From a virus (Duplodnaviria > Caudoviricetes): a DNA stretch of 64,000 nucleotides. Positions within the stretch are counted from its first letter, which is position 1. The number at the start of each line of letters is the position of its first letter. Shown piece after piece: positions 35,230 to 44,579 of the stretch. Where the stretch lies: the IMG/VR virus record IMGVR_UViG_3300009678_000059, positions 1 through 64,000 of that record; one strand, given 5' to 3'. The position numbers were made by a program, and so were the translations under genes. The notes under the pieces were generated by a model that saw nothing but the letters and a program-made list of their open reading frames with translations, was not told where the DNA came from and did no database searches.

Positions 35230-35355
35230 AATTTCTGTATAAAAAGAAAAGCCAACTATAGCTCTCACACTATAATTGACTTTCTTGATTAGTCGTTATT
35301 CCTATTGACTAATAATTTCTTAAAGGCTAGTGAGAGATAGCTTGGGACAAATGTA
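35230..35355 (-). promoter_or_regulatory. Kissing-loop leader copy 3 (with an extra internal hairpin)
   Basis: Read on -: TACATTTG; GCTA-TCTCTCAC-TAGC; ATTAGTC..GACTAAT; AGTCAATTATAG-TGTGAGAG-CTATAGTTGGCT-TTTCTTTTT. Confidence 0.8.
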
Positions 35356-35428
35356 ACAAGAACTTTTGGTGAAATCCAATCGTATAGAGAAATAATATTT
35401 AACAATACTTGGTGATAGATTTTTCTTA

Positions 35429-35436
35429 TATCTTTG
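35429..35436 (+). promoter_or_regulatory. -7 promoter element
   Basis: TATCTTTG upstream of ATG 35462. Confidence 0.7.
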
Positions 35437-35461
35437 TTCCTATAATCTAATTTAAATCAAA

Positions 35462-36439
35462 ATGTCAGAAAACAAAAAAGCGCCTCTTTTTGGAAAGAAG
35501 GTTGAAACGGAAAAAGAAACAGTTATCCCGGAAGTAAAAGTTACGGAAACTCCGATGATTACAATGTCGATAGATGAGTTGAATGCTCTTATTGACTCAA
35601 AACTGAATGCTGCCAAAACTCCGGAAGTAAAGCAGGAGAGAGTAGTTTCAAAGGAGGAGAAGACTATCAGAAACCACATGTCAGATGACATCCCTGAATT
35701 ACGAGATTTCCCTGTGAGAGAGAGAATTTATGTCTTATGTGACGGAAGTAAACCGGAAGCTCGTGAAATCAAGAGTCGCCATAAGCCTGGAAGTCCGTTA
35801 CAATATTTCAATAGAGAAACTAACGAAAGTCACGCATTATTCTTCTCAATGACTCAGGCATCGTTTTACAAAACTGAACACAAAGGAGACTCGAAGGTTG
35901 ACCACATCTTTATGAAAGACGGTATGCTTACAACCTATCCGGAAGATGTAAAATTACAATCGTTCCTTGAAATACATCCCGATAATGAAAAAAATGGTGG
36001 TTCGTTATTTATGGAATATTTGCCAGGTAAAGAGGCTGAGAATGATTTGGAAAGCGAAGACCTTTTGTTTGCCGCACAAAAACTAGCAAGAGAACTTTCT
36101 TTTATCCGTCAAGATGCTGTAGCAAGGCTTTTATGTAAAAACTACAAAGAGTCATGGGAACCCGCAGAAATGAAATTAGCTTTGTTTAACGAAGTAAAAA
36201 GATCTGCTAAGGAGTTTATGAAGTTGGCGAACGATCCTAGATTAGAGATCAAAGGAATTGCACGTACTGCTGTGCAAAGAGGTTTTATCGAGTATAAAGG
36301 TTACAAGTTTTGGAATGACCAAGGTGAAGTGATTGTAGATGTGCCACGTAATTCAAACGAATATGAAGTATTGGCTGATTATTTCCTAAGCAACCAAGGT
36401 CGTAATTACTATGAATACTTGGTTAACTCAATCAATTAG
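35462..36439 (+). CDS. Conserved virion-module protein downstream of the capsid gene
   Basis: 325 aa with IFMKDGML...KLQSFLEIHPDN motif; position matches crAss-like head-tail genes. Confidence 0.7.
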   Translation: MSENKKAPLFGKKVETEKETVIPEVKVTETPMITMSIDELNALIDSKLNAAKTPEVKQERVVSKEEKTIRNHMSDDIPELRDFPVRERIYVLCDGSKPEAREIKSRHKPGSPLQYFNRETNESHALFFSMTQASFYKTEHKGDSKVDHIFMKDGMLTTYPEDVKLQSFLEIHPDNEKNGGSLFMEYLPGKEAENDLESEDLLFAAQKLARELSFIRQDAVARLLCKNYKESWEPAEMKLALFNEVKRSAKEFMKLANDPRLEIKGIARTAVQRGFIEYKGYKFWNDQGEVIVDVPRNSNEYEVLADYFLSNQGRNYYEYLVNSIN

Positions 36440-37182
36440 TCAGTAATCTCAACTTTATAATTCATCAAAGCGTTGTAGCACTCCGGTGTTATGACGCTTT
36501 TCCATTTCTCTGCCAACTCTTTAATGTAGCTTTCTTTAGCTATTTTATACACTTGAAATGCTTCTTCAATCGTTCTGAACAAGCCTAAGTAAATACGCAT
36601 ATCACCCTTGTTCAGTCTAGCTTGAAATCTATTCTTTTTCTTAACAATTCCAATGGGTAAGTCGGTTTTTTTATCACGTTTGGTTAATGATGTATTTATT
36701 TCGTGAGGAACAAAAACACATGTTTCAGGAGAGTATATTTTATTCCATTTCACAATTATATCTTTGTCTAGGTCACAATCTTCTATTTGGTTTTCCTCAT
36801 ACCATTTTGCAAATACTTGATAGTTATGCCATCTTTCATCTACAGAGCAACCAATGTATGATGGTCTTTTTTTAAGAGATTTTTCGCTATAACATCTTTG
36901 AATCATACTTTGCCAAGTACTATATGATTTTGTGGTCTCACCGTTAACCTTAGTTCTGTATTTACCTTCGCCAAGGTATCCCATTCCGAAAACTGACCTA
37001 TGAAACACATTTCGGACTACTCCTCTTTTTAGATTTGCAATTTGCATTCCAGTCATTGTGTGACCACCTATATCAAACTTAATAGTGCAATCAAGTGCGC
37101 CAAAGAATTTAACTATCTCAATCCAATATCCTTCATTGGTTAAAAACCTTTCTCCTGTCCTGTCTATAAATTTTCCTTGCAT
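36436..37182 (-). CDS. HNH-type homing endonuclease with AP2-like domain
   Basis: Paralog of 7715..8482; WQSMIQRCY...CSVDERWHNYQVFAKW...LDKDII...YSPETCVFVP. Confidence 0.88.
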   Translation of the reverse strand: MQGKFIDRTGERFLTNEGYWIEIVKFFGALDCTIKFDIGGHTMTGMQIANLKRGVVRNVFHRSVFGMGYLGEGKYRTKVNGETTKSYSTWQSMIQRCYSEKSLKKRPSYIGCSVDERWHNYQVFAKWYEENQIEDCDLDKDIIVKWNKIYSPETCVFVPHEINTSLTKRDKKTDLPIGIVKKKNRFQARLNKGDMRIYLGLFRTIEEAFQVYKIAKESYIKELAEKWKSVITPECYNALMNYKVEITD

Positions 37183-37277
37183 AAAATAAAAATACCCTCA
37201 AAAAAGGGTAGGACTCCTTAGATGAGGGTATAGTATAATGTTTTTGACAGCCGTCCTACTTGCTGAGAACAAATATA
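37183..37277 (-). promoter_or_regulatory. Kissing-loop leader copy 4
   Basis: Read on -: TATATTTG; CAGC-AAGTAGGACG-GCTG; ATACCCTCA..AAGG-AGTCCTAC-CCTT..TGAGGGTAT-TTTT; ATG. Confidence 0.85.
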
Positions 37278-37302
37278 CGAAGTTACTAAGCAAAAAAAAC
37301 AT

Positions 37303-37310
37303 TAATTTTG
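37303..37310 (+). promoter_or_regulatory. -7 promoter element of the tail operon
   Basis: TAATTTTG upstream of ATG 37330. Confidence 0.65.
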
Positions 37311-37329
37311 TTAAAACAAACACAACAAT

Positions 37330-38061
37330 ATGATACCAATTAATACCGTGCGAAACGTGGTTTTGTTCGCGCTAAATAAAAGTTCGAGAGGGTACTTGGG
37401 CGTCGAGGAGTTTAATTACTTCGGACAGTTGGCCCAAATGGAAATCTTCGAGAACCTTTTCCACGACTACAACAAGCAGATCAACAAGGAGAACAAGAGG
37501 TTGACCGGTACGGAATACGCGAATCTGCCTAAGAATTTACGCGAGCAGATAGACGCATTTGCGGCTTACTCAAACGACACCAACTTTACGTATGACGAGA
37601 TTACTGATTTGTGGTCTTTCCAGGATACGGATCTGTATCGCGCCGAAGGGTTGTCATTGGTAAACACAGATACTGACAAGTATGTGGATGTGGAAGAAGT
37701 TTTGAAATCACAGCTAAACATCCTGAAAAACGACATTAATACGGTTCCGAGCTTATTGTTTCCTGTTCACATCAGACTGGGAGAAGCATTCAAGATTTCT
37801 CCAGTAGTTCCTGTAGGGTATAATTTAGAATTGTTCTACATAAGAAAACCAGCAGATCCGAAATGGACTTATACGAATGTAGGAGGTAATCCAATGTACA
37901 ACGCAGGAGCTTCTGACAAGCAGGATTTTGAATTGCATCCGAGTCAGTTGGTTCCTTTGGTAACGAAGATTTTGGGCTATGCCGGATTATCTATCAGGGA
38001 GCAGGAAGTTGAGCAATTTGCTAATTCAGAAGAAGTGAAAGACTTCCAAACTAAACAATAA
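37330..38061 (+). CDS. Tail/neck ring protein (tubular-protein-like)
   Basis: INTVRNVVLFALNK..RGY..EEFN..AQMEIFE...YIRKP.DPKW pattern and gene position. Confidence 0.7.
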   Translation: MIPINTVRNVVLFALNKSSRGYLGVEEFNYFGQLAQMEIFENLFHDYNKQINKENKRLTGTEYANLPKNLREQIDAFAAYSNDTNFTYDEITDLWSFQDTDLYRAEGLSLVNTDTDKYVDVEEVLKSQLNILKNDINTVPSLLFPVHIRLGEAFKISPVVPVGYNLELFYIRKPADPKWTYTNVGGNPMYNAGASDKQDFELHPSQLVPLVTKILGYAGLSIREQEVEQFANSEEVKDFQTKQ

Positions 38062-38069
38062 AATAAGAT

Positions 38070-38948
38070 ATGGCTATTAACGGAAAAACTTCTGAGGAAT
38101 ATTACGATTCCAGAAACAGCGAGAACTACGGCGACTATGCTTTTGTAGGTATCGAGCAATTGGTAAACAGCTTCATGGGGAGCTATTCAGGCGACGACAC
38201 ATTGCTTGGACACATACCGAGACATAAGGCGGTAAAGAAGATAAAGGAGCAGGTACGGGAGTTGACTTTTACCACACTTAATCAGCCTAAGGTTGTCGAG
38301 CTTGATTTGGGCGACGCACTGGATATTATCAAGCCGCAGGATTACGTGGATTATATCAGGATTTCCTATGTGGACAAGACAAACGGGCGCATCATGCCAA
38401 TGGCGGAAAACAGACATACGCCACTTGGTGTTGCATATCTGCAGGATCAGGACGCGAATCTGCTGTTTGATGACCAGGGCGATGTTCTTATCGGGACCAC
38501 GATTCTGGAGCAGGAAAGTGACAAGCAGAACACTTCTATACTTGAAGGTGTAAATGTTAACGGGAACTGCATTCACGAATATTTCATTGACAGGCCGCTG
38601 TACAATATGGACACTACGATGAATGCCAACGGGACTTTTTCTCAAAACGAGAACAGGATTCACTTTGGCTCTGATGCAGCGACAAAGACAATACTGTTGG
38701 AATACATCTCTGACGGACTTAATGTTCCGGAGGCTTCGATTAAGGTTCACAAATTTGCAGAACAGGCACTTTACGCAAGTGTTCATTACGAACTGGCTAA
38801 GGCAAGCATCAAGGTTCCGAACTACGAGAAGGCAAACATCAAAAAGGAAAGAGACGCTTTAGTAAGAAACGCCAAGGTTCGTTTGTTGGGTATTAAACCA
38901 CAGGAGTTTATACAGCAGCTGAAGGCTTTTAATAAATGGATACGATAA
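38070..38948 (+). CDS. Tail ring protein
   Basis: KPQDYVDYIRISYVD...LEYISDGL...HKFAEQAL...NAK.RL pattern; position before the muzzle gene. Confidence 0.7.
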   Translation: MAINGKTSEEYYDSRNSENYGDYAFVGIEQLVNSFMGSYSGDDTLLGHIPRHKAVKKIKEQVRELTFTTLNQPKVVELDLGDALDIIKPQDYVDYIRISYVDKTNGRIMPMAENRHTPLGVAYLQDQDANLLFDDQGDVLIGTTILEQESDKQNTSILEGVNVNGNCIHEYFIDRPLYNMDTTMNANGTFSQNENRIHFGSDAATKTILLEYISDGLNVPEASIKVHKFAEQALYASVHYELAKASIKVPNYEKANIKKERDALVRNAKVRLLGIKPQEFIQQLKAFNKWIR

Positions 38949-41900
38949 TGAGGATAGCAAATAATTTTACCAAAGGAACGGTCCAAAATGACGTTGATGA
39001 GAGGTTCACAGACGGAGCCTTGGTTGGAGAGCCTGTTAATATTGAGATATTTACAGGGGTAGGTTCTGACGCCGGAGTCTTGAAGAACATTCCGGGAAAC
39101 ATAAAGATGTCTAACTATACCGAGCAGTTTTTTCTTTCTCCGAGCGCTAAGTGTATCGGAGCAGGAAAGAATGAGAGTGAGGAGAAGCTGTATGTTTTTA
39201 TCAAGGACACGGCCTTCGATTTTGTTATCGAGTACAATTCGGTCACAAACACTTCGGCAAGAGTGCTTCAGTCGGCAGCTTCTTCAGGTGTACTGAATTT
39301 TAATGCAGATGAGAGAATCACCTGTGTTGACATTTTTATTGACGCAGTGACCAATGACACTATTATTGCGTGGAGCGGCGACTCTAATCCTCCTAGGATA
39401 GTTAATGTTACCACCGCGAAAACATGGGCTGTTGGCGGTTTTACAAACGACGAAATCTCCGTGATGAAGCCATCGCCGATATTCGCACCGGTTACTCACT
39501 TGACCACATCTACCGAAAGCATACTTAACAACTTTATTGAGGATAAGTTTCTGAGTTTTGCCTACAGGTATAAGTATTCAGACGGATACTATTCGGCTCC
39601 GAGTTCATGGAGCGTGGTTGCATTTACGCCAAGCGATTTTAAACTGGATTATCAGACCTATGACAACCTTGGAATGGTGAATCTTTCCAATGCTGTTGAT
39701 GTTAGTTTCAATGTAGGTCCAAGGGACGTTGTTCAGGTTGATTTGTTATTCCGCGAAAGCGATCATACGACTGTTTATGTGGTGCAACAATTCGTGAAAT
39801 CTGATGAAGTATGGGAAGATGAGACGACTCAGACGTTTCAGTTCAGTAAATCGAAGATATATACTGTTTTGCCGGAATCTCAGTATTTCAGGAATTTTGA
39901 CAACGTGCCTTTGAGCGCGAAGGCTCAGACGGTAATAGGCAGCAGGATTGCGTATGCGAATTACGTTGAGGGCTATGACATTACTGACAAGATAGACTTT
40001 GATGTAGCGGTGACATCTACGGAAGTATTCAGCTTCAATCAGGAAGGGATTGAGAATACCAACATCCATATCGGGAATTGGGACCATACTGTTGATTTCG
40101 AGGAACTGACTTTTACAGAAAGAGAGTATGTTATGGCTCCTGTGGCCGACCAGATGAATTACACGACAAATGAGATTACGATGAGCTATGCCAATCTTAA
40201 TCCTGCGGCAGTAAATAAATTTGGGCGATTCGCAGCGACTGTTACTCCTGATTCCAGGTACGACTCGGTTAACTACAGTATAGAATTCAGAAACGGGGCT
40301 ACAATACTGCAGACTTCGGGGCCTTTTGCCGGAACTCAGACAGCGAGTTACGACACTCCACTTAATGCGCTGTACACGGTAAAGGCTTATGTTATTCCGT
40401 CTACGGATGTACTGATATATGACTGCGAGATGAAATACAGCCTTGGCGACCTTGTGTTTTTGGGTGGCGGAGAATGGTTTATACAGGACTGGTATAAGGC
40501 ATATTTTCAGGTATCGTGTATAAACACCACTACAGGGCCTCCGAGTTTTATCAATGCGTTTGCTATAACCGACAGAATGGGTGTTGATCTTACCGGGTTT
40601 GAGTTTGTGACAGGAAAACAATTGCGTGTGAATATGGTATTGCAGTCCAGCTTGGTTAAGGAGCATAGGCCGGACGCTACGTTTTACTACAATATCACCG
40701 AGGACTATGTGGATTTGGCTGATTTCATGACCAACTCTACGTTTCAGTCTGAATTTGAAGATACGTTTACGCAGGTATTCAAAAACAACTACATAAGCAA
40801 CGAGGGAGTTTTTGTGTCAATGACCGATTTCAGCATTACATATACCGGTGACACACTTAAAGTAAGCATGCCGGTTGTTGTATATAATGTTACGGAGCCT
40901 TCGGGTATTACCGAAAACAAGGATGAGTTTTTCCTTGTGTCCAGAGGGCGTGTTACATCTACCGATACAAACGCCTATGCGTCTATGCACTCTAACAGGG
41001 ATTACGAGACATGTCTGTTTTACATGGACGAGCAGGGAAGGAAGACAACGTCTTTGGTATGCGACAACAATACAGTTTACATCCCGGCAGATAAGAGCGA
41101 CCTGATTAACAGGCTTTCGGTTACTGTAAACAACGATCCTCCGAGTTGGGCCAAGTATTACAAGTTCGGCATCAAGCAGGTTAAGAAGCAGTACGAGACG
41201 ATTTACGGGAATGTTGTTTATGAGGACGGAGTGTTCAGATGGATAAAACTTGAAGGCGAGAACAAGAACAAGGTTCAGGAAGGCGATCAGCTTATCGTTA
41301 AGACAGACATGTCCGGACCGTTGGACCAACTTGTGAAGGTGAAAGTTCTTGAAATAAAGGAACAGGCTGCAAACTTCATAACTGGGAACCTTAACGACCT
41401 TGGTGACGATATAAGCGAGCCGGCAGGACTGTACTTCAAGATTAAGCAGGGGACGTTTGATGCGAATGTCACACAGGAGTCATTCATGCAGTTTACCGAG
41501 ACTGTGAAGCGAAGATATGCTTCGACTACATTTGTTACCACTGACCCTATATTCGGAATCATGGATCCGGCGTTTGTACCTTATGCTGTTGCTGCGGGAA
41601 CGACAATCAGATTCTTTCTGAACATGAAGGCTTACGGCTCGATTGCTTTTGACCATAAATTTGAAATCACGAAAGAGGCTGAGATAGATTACCTATCTGT
41701 TGAAGACTGGTTTAATGCGGAGATAGCAGCCAATGCGGATTACCTTGAATTCGTAGACGAAAACTTCACGACTGCAGGATTTACTATTGACGGAGACAGG
41801 TTTCAGGTAAAACCAAACAGGGACGGAACGGCATCGAGGGACATTATCACCGAGGTTACATTTGACATAAACTTCTCTCGTGGAACACTGATTTTTGAGA

Positions 41901-43366
41901 CAGAACCAATAGAGCAGCTTAATGCCAATTTCTTTGAGACACCGAATGTTTACACTATCACTGCCGGAGCTCATGAATTTGTGGAACACAGCCTTACCGA
42001 CACGTTTAACTGTTTTGCTTTTGGCAACGGGGTTGAGAGTTATAAGATAAAAGACGAGCTAAATACAAAGAGTTTTTCCATAGACTCGAACCCGTCTAAC
42101 GTCAATACTGACGGCTATAAAAGGATTGTGAGATCTGCCGACATCACATATTCTGAGGTTTACAACTCTAATTCCAACGTAAACAGGCTTAACGAATTCA
42201 ATTTGTCACTTGCTAATTACAAGGACGATGTGGACAAGACTTTTGGCCCGATTTACAGACTGAAGGGCGAGAACACCAACCTTGAAGTTTACCAGGAAGA
42301 CAAGGACTCCATCGTGTACTACGGGAAAGATTTGCTTTACAATGCCGACGGAACCACGAACTTAACAGGAGTGCCGCAGGTATTGGGGACACAGAAGGCA
42401 TACGAAGGAGAGTGGGGGATTTCCCAGCATCCTGACAGTTTTGACTTTTACGGTTATGACTCATACCACACGGACGTTAAGAGAGGATCTGTAATCAAGA
42501 AGTCGAACAACGGGCTGTTTGATATTTCGACTCAGGGAATGAAGACATACTTCAGAAGACTGTTTAAGGAAAACACAATTCAGCATATCAACGGGAAGTA
42601 CGACCAGCTGAACAAGGTGTATATCCTGAACATCAAGTACAATGACGGCAACGAAGACCTATACAGAACATGGGTTTATTCTGACGAGAACAACGGATGG
42701 TTGACTACTCAAACTTTCAATCCGGAAGACATGATACGTGTGAACGGGAACTTTTACTCATTTGAAAAAGGAGAGGTTTACAAGCACAACAACACTACTG
42801 ACTTCAATACTTTTTACGGTATTTTTGCATACAGTGTAGCGTCGTTCAATATGAGTCATGAGCCAAGCAGTAGAAAGGTTTTTAAGACCATAGAGGTACA
42901 AGGAAACACAGCTCCGACTGTTGTATTAAGGACAGACATGGATTCAGGAAACGTGCAGCCGGATTACTTTGAGAAAAAGGAAAACGTGTACCATTCGTAC
43001 ATCAGGATGAACAACGAGACTATGGATACCTCGCTTTTGAGCTATCAGGGAATCGGGACAGCTACTGTGAATAGCTTTGACCTGGAATTTTCCTTCGACC
43101 TGGACAGCAATATATCTGTGGGCGACAAAATCCGTAATGTAGCCATGGAACTTGTAGGTGTGATAACTTCTAAAACAAGGAATTCACTTACCTTAACCGC
43201 CATGGACAATATAATTTCGGGTGATTATGTGGTTTGCTGTAAGCCGGAATCTGCAGAACAGCAGGGTCTTTTGGGTTACACAATGAATGTAACAGCTACC
43301 TTTGGCGACACTGTACAGCAGGAGATATTCGAGATAGCCTCGGAAGTAAACAAATCATATTTGTAG
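38948..43366 (+). CDS. Tail stabilisation/muzzle protein (beta-propeller type)
   Basis: ~1470 aa; NNFTKGTVQNDVDER, FAYRYKYSDG..SA.S, NFDNVPLSAKAQ..GSRIAYANY, FGNGVES, N.LNEFN. Confidence 0.8.
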   Translation: MRIANNFTKGTVQNDVDERFTDGALVGEPVNIEIFTGVGSDAGVLKNIPGNIKMSNYTEQFFLSPSAKCIGAGKNESEEKLYVFIKDTAFDFVIEYNSVTNTSARVLQSAASSGVLNFNADERITCVDIFIDAVTNDTIIAWSGDSNPPRIVNVTTAKTWAVGGFTNDEISVMKPSPIFAPVTHLTTSTESILNNFIEDKFLSFAYRYKYSDGYYSAPSSWSVVAFTPSDFKLDYQTYDNLGMVNLSNAVDVSFNVGPRDVVQVDLLFRESDHTTVYVVQQFVKSDEVWEDETTQTFQFSKSKIYTVLPESQYFRNFDNVPLSAKAQTVIGSRIAYANYVEGYDITDKIDFDVAVTSTEVFSFNQEGIENTNIHIGNWDHTVDFEELTFTEREYVMAPVADQMNYTTNEITMSYANLNPAAVNKFGRFAATVTPDSRYDSVNYSIEFRNGATILQTSGPFAGTQTASYDTPLNALYTVKAYVIPSTDVLIYDCEMKYSLGDLVFLGGGEWFIQDWYKAYFQVSCINTTTGPPSFINAFAITDRMGVDLTGFEFVTGKQLRVNMVLQSSLVKEHRPDATFYYNITEDYVDLADFMTNSTFQSEFEDTFTQVFKNNYISNEGVFVSMTDFSITYTGDTLKVSMPVVVYNVTEPSGITENKDEFFLVSRGRVTSTDTNAYASMHSNRDYETCLFYMDEQGRKTTSLVCDNNTVYIPADKSDLINRLSVTVNNDPPSWAKYYKFGIKQVKKQYETIYGNVVYEDGVFRWIKLEGENKNKVQEGDQLIVKTDMSGPLDQLVKVKVLEIKEQAANFITGNLNDLGDDISEPAGLYFKIKQGTFDANVTQESFMQFTETVKRRYASTTFVTTDPIFGIMDPAFVPYAVAAGTTIRFFLNMKAYGSIAFDHKFEITKEAEIDYLSVEDWFNAEIAANADYLEFVDENFTTAGFTIDGDRFQVKPNRDGTASRDIITEVTFDINFSRGTLIFETEPIEQLNANFFETPNVYTITAGAHEFVEHSLTDTFNCFAFGNGVESYKIKDELNTKSFSIDSNPSNVNTDGYKRIVRSADITYSEVYNSNSNVNRLNEFNLSLANYKDDVDKTFGPIYRLKGENTNLEVYQEDKDSIVYYGKDLLYNADGTTNLTGVPQVLGTQKAYEGEWGISQHPDSFDFYGYDSYHTDVKRGSVIKKSNNGLFDISTQGMKTYFRRLFKENTIQHINGKYDQLNKVYILNIKYNDGNEDLYRTWVYSDENNGWLTTQTFNPEDMIRVNGNFYSFEKGEVYKHNNTTDFNTFYGIFAYSVASFNMSHEPSSRKVFKTIEVQGNTAPTVVLRTDMDSGNVQPDYFEKKENVYHSYIRMNNETMDTSLLSYQGIGTATVNSFDLEFSFDLDSNISVGDKIRNVAMELVGVITSKTRNSLTLTAMDNIISGDYVVCCKPESAEQQGLLGYTMNVTATFGDTVQQEIFEIASEVNKSYL

Positions 43367-43371
43367 AATTG

Positions 43372-43406
43372 AAAAACCCCGTCATAATTGGCGGGGTTTC
43401 TTTTTT
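43372..43406. terminator. Bidirectional terminator
   Basis: AAAAACCCCG-TCATAATTGG-CGGGGTTTCTTTTTT. Confidence 0.8.
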
Positions 43407-43803
43407 ATAATCTTTTGAAATATTGGCCGAAGCCCTTGTCTCCCTCGGAAAATCCTGATTTCAGTAGTTTGTTGGCTATTATCGCACTTGAAGTAGGCAC
43501 GAATAGCATTTTGAAATATCTTCCCTTCGCATAATCACATAATCCAACAATCAGTGCATCTAAACCACCTTTCCTGTCTTTTACATCAGGATTTGACATG
43601 AAGTATGTTGGTATTGCAGTTGCCGAATTTGTTTCCCAAACCCAAACCAAGTATACCGGAACTTCGTTTTTATAAGTTACCAAGCATTTGTCTGGCAACA
43701 AGGTGAAATCAATCATATCGAATTTATGCTGTCCGCTCCAAAAGTAAAACGTGTTTACAAAGTCAATCTTTTTTCTAACTTTTGTTTCGAATTTATCAAT
43801 CAT
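43405..43803 (-). CDS. GNAT-fold-like protein (T7 gp13-like position in the virion module)
   Basis: VPVYLVWVWETNSATA...SNPD...LIVGL..AK...LLKSGF resembles acetyltransferase-like virion genes. Confidence 0.55.
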   Translation of the reverse strand: MIDKFETKVRKKIDFVNTFYFWSGQHKFDMIDFTLLPDKCLVTYKNEVPVYLVWVWETNSATAIPTYFMSNPDVKDRKGGLDALIVGLCDYAKGRYFKMLFVPTSSAIIANKLLKSGFSEGDKGFGQYFKRL

Positions 43804-43806
43804 AGA

Positions 43807-44454
43807 TTATTTTTCTTTTAATATGGTTTTCACTAATTCTCGAAATGATTTTCTGCAACCATTGAATAGATGAATGTTGGCTAAAGCTATTTGATACATT
43901 GAATTAGCCAAATCTTCATTTGTAGTCCTTATTAATCTCAACTTAACACCATTACGCTGAATGTTAGACGCCCATTTTTTTTCTTCTCTATCCCAGCTAA
44001 CACCGGTATATCGTGATGTTTTGTTTTTTATGTCCTTGGACGTGTTTTTTCTATGCGTTATTGATTGTAGATTAACTGCTCTATTGTCTAATTTGATATT
44101 GTTTTTATGATCTACAACTTCCTCCCTACCACTTACTACGTGTCCATTAAAAACTGCTGCGACTAATTGATGTGTGAAATGAGTTGTTTTAACATCTTCG
44201 TTAGAGGTTCGGAAACATAGGTATTCATTTTTGCTGTAGTTTTGTTTTAGGATTTTACCTTCATAAAAAGCGTGTCCTCCCCATCTTTTGTGGCGAACCA
44301 TTCTGTCTAATGATTTAGCCCTGCCTAGGTCGCTTACTTTATACAGTCCGATATGATTAGGAATATCTCTCCATAATTCAATCTTCCAAAGCATATCTAT
44401 TTCGCAGAAATAAGTAATGTCGGATAAATCTAAGTTTTCGTAATAATATGTCAT
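43807..44454 (-). CDS. NUMOD4-HNH-AP2 homing endonuclease
   Basis: ELWRDIPNHIGLYKVSDLGR.KS, HQLVAAVF, VVDHKNNIKLDNRAVNLQ, SRYTGVSW. Confidence 0.92.
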   Translation of the reverse strand: MTYYYENLDLSDITYFCEIDMLWKIELWRDIPNHIGLYKVSDLGRAKSLDRMVRHKRWGGHAFYEGKILKQNYSKNEYLCFRTSNEDVKTTHFTHQLVAAVFNGHVVSGREEVVDHKNNIKLDNRAVNLQSITHRKNTSKDIKNKTSRYTGVSWDREEKKWASNIQRNGVKLRLIRTTNEDLANSMYQIALANIHLFNGCRKSFRELVKTILKEK

Positions 44455-44554
44455 AAAAAAATAAAAACCCGCACGTCAAGAAGTGGAAGGTTCTATCGAT
44501 GCGGGAATTCAATAATGTTTTCAATCAGGCTTCCACTCCTGTATTGCAAATATA
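44455..44554 (-). promoter_or_regulatory. Kissing-loop leader copy 5
   Basis: Read on -: TATATTTG; CAGG-AGTGGAAG-CCTG; CCCGCA..AGAA-CCTTCCAC-TTCT..TGCGGG-TTTTT; ATG. Confidence 0.85.
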
Positions 44555-44579
44555 AGGAATTAAGCTGTGAAAAAATATC

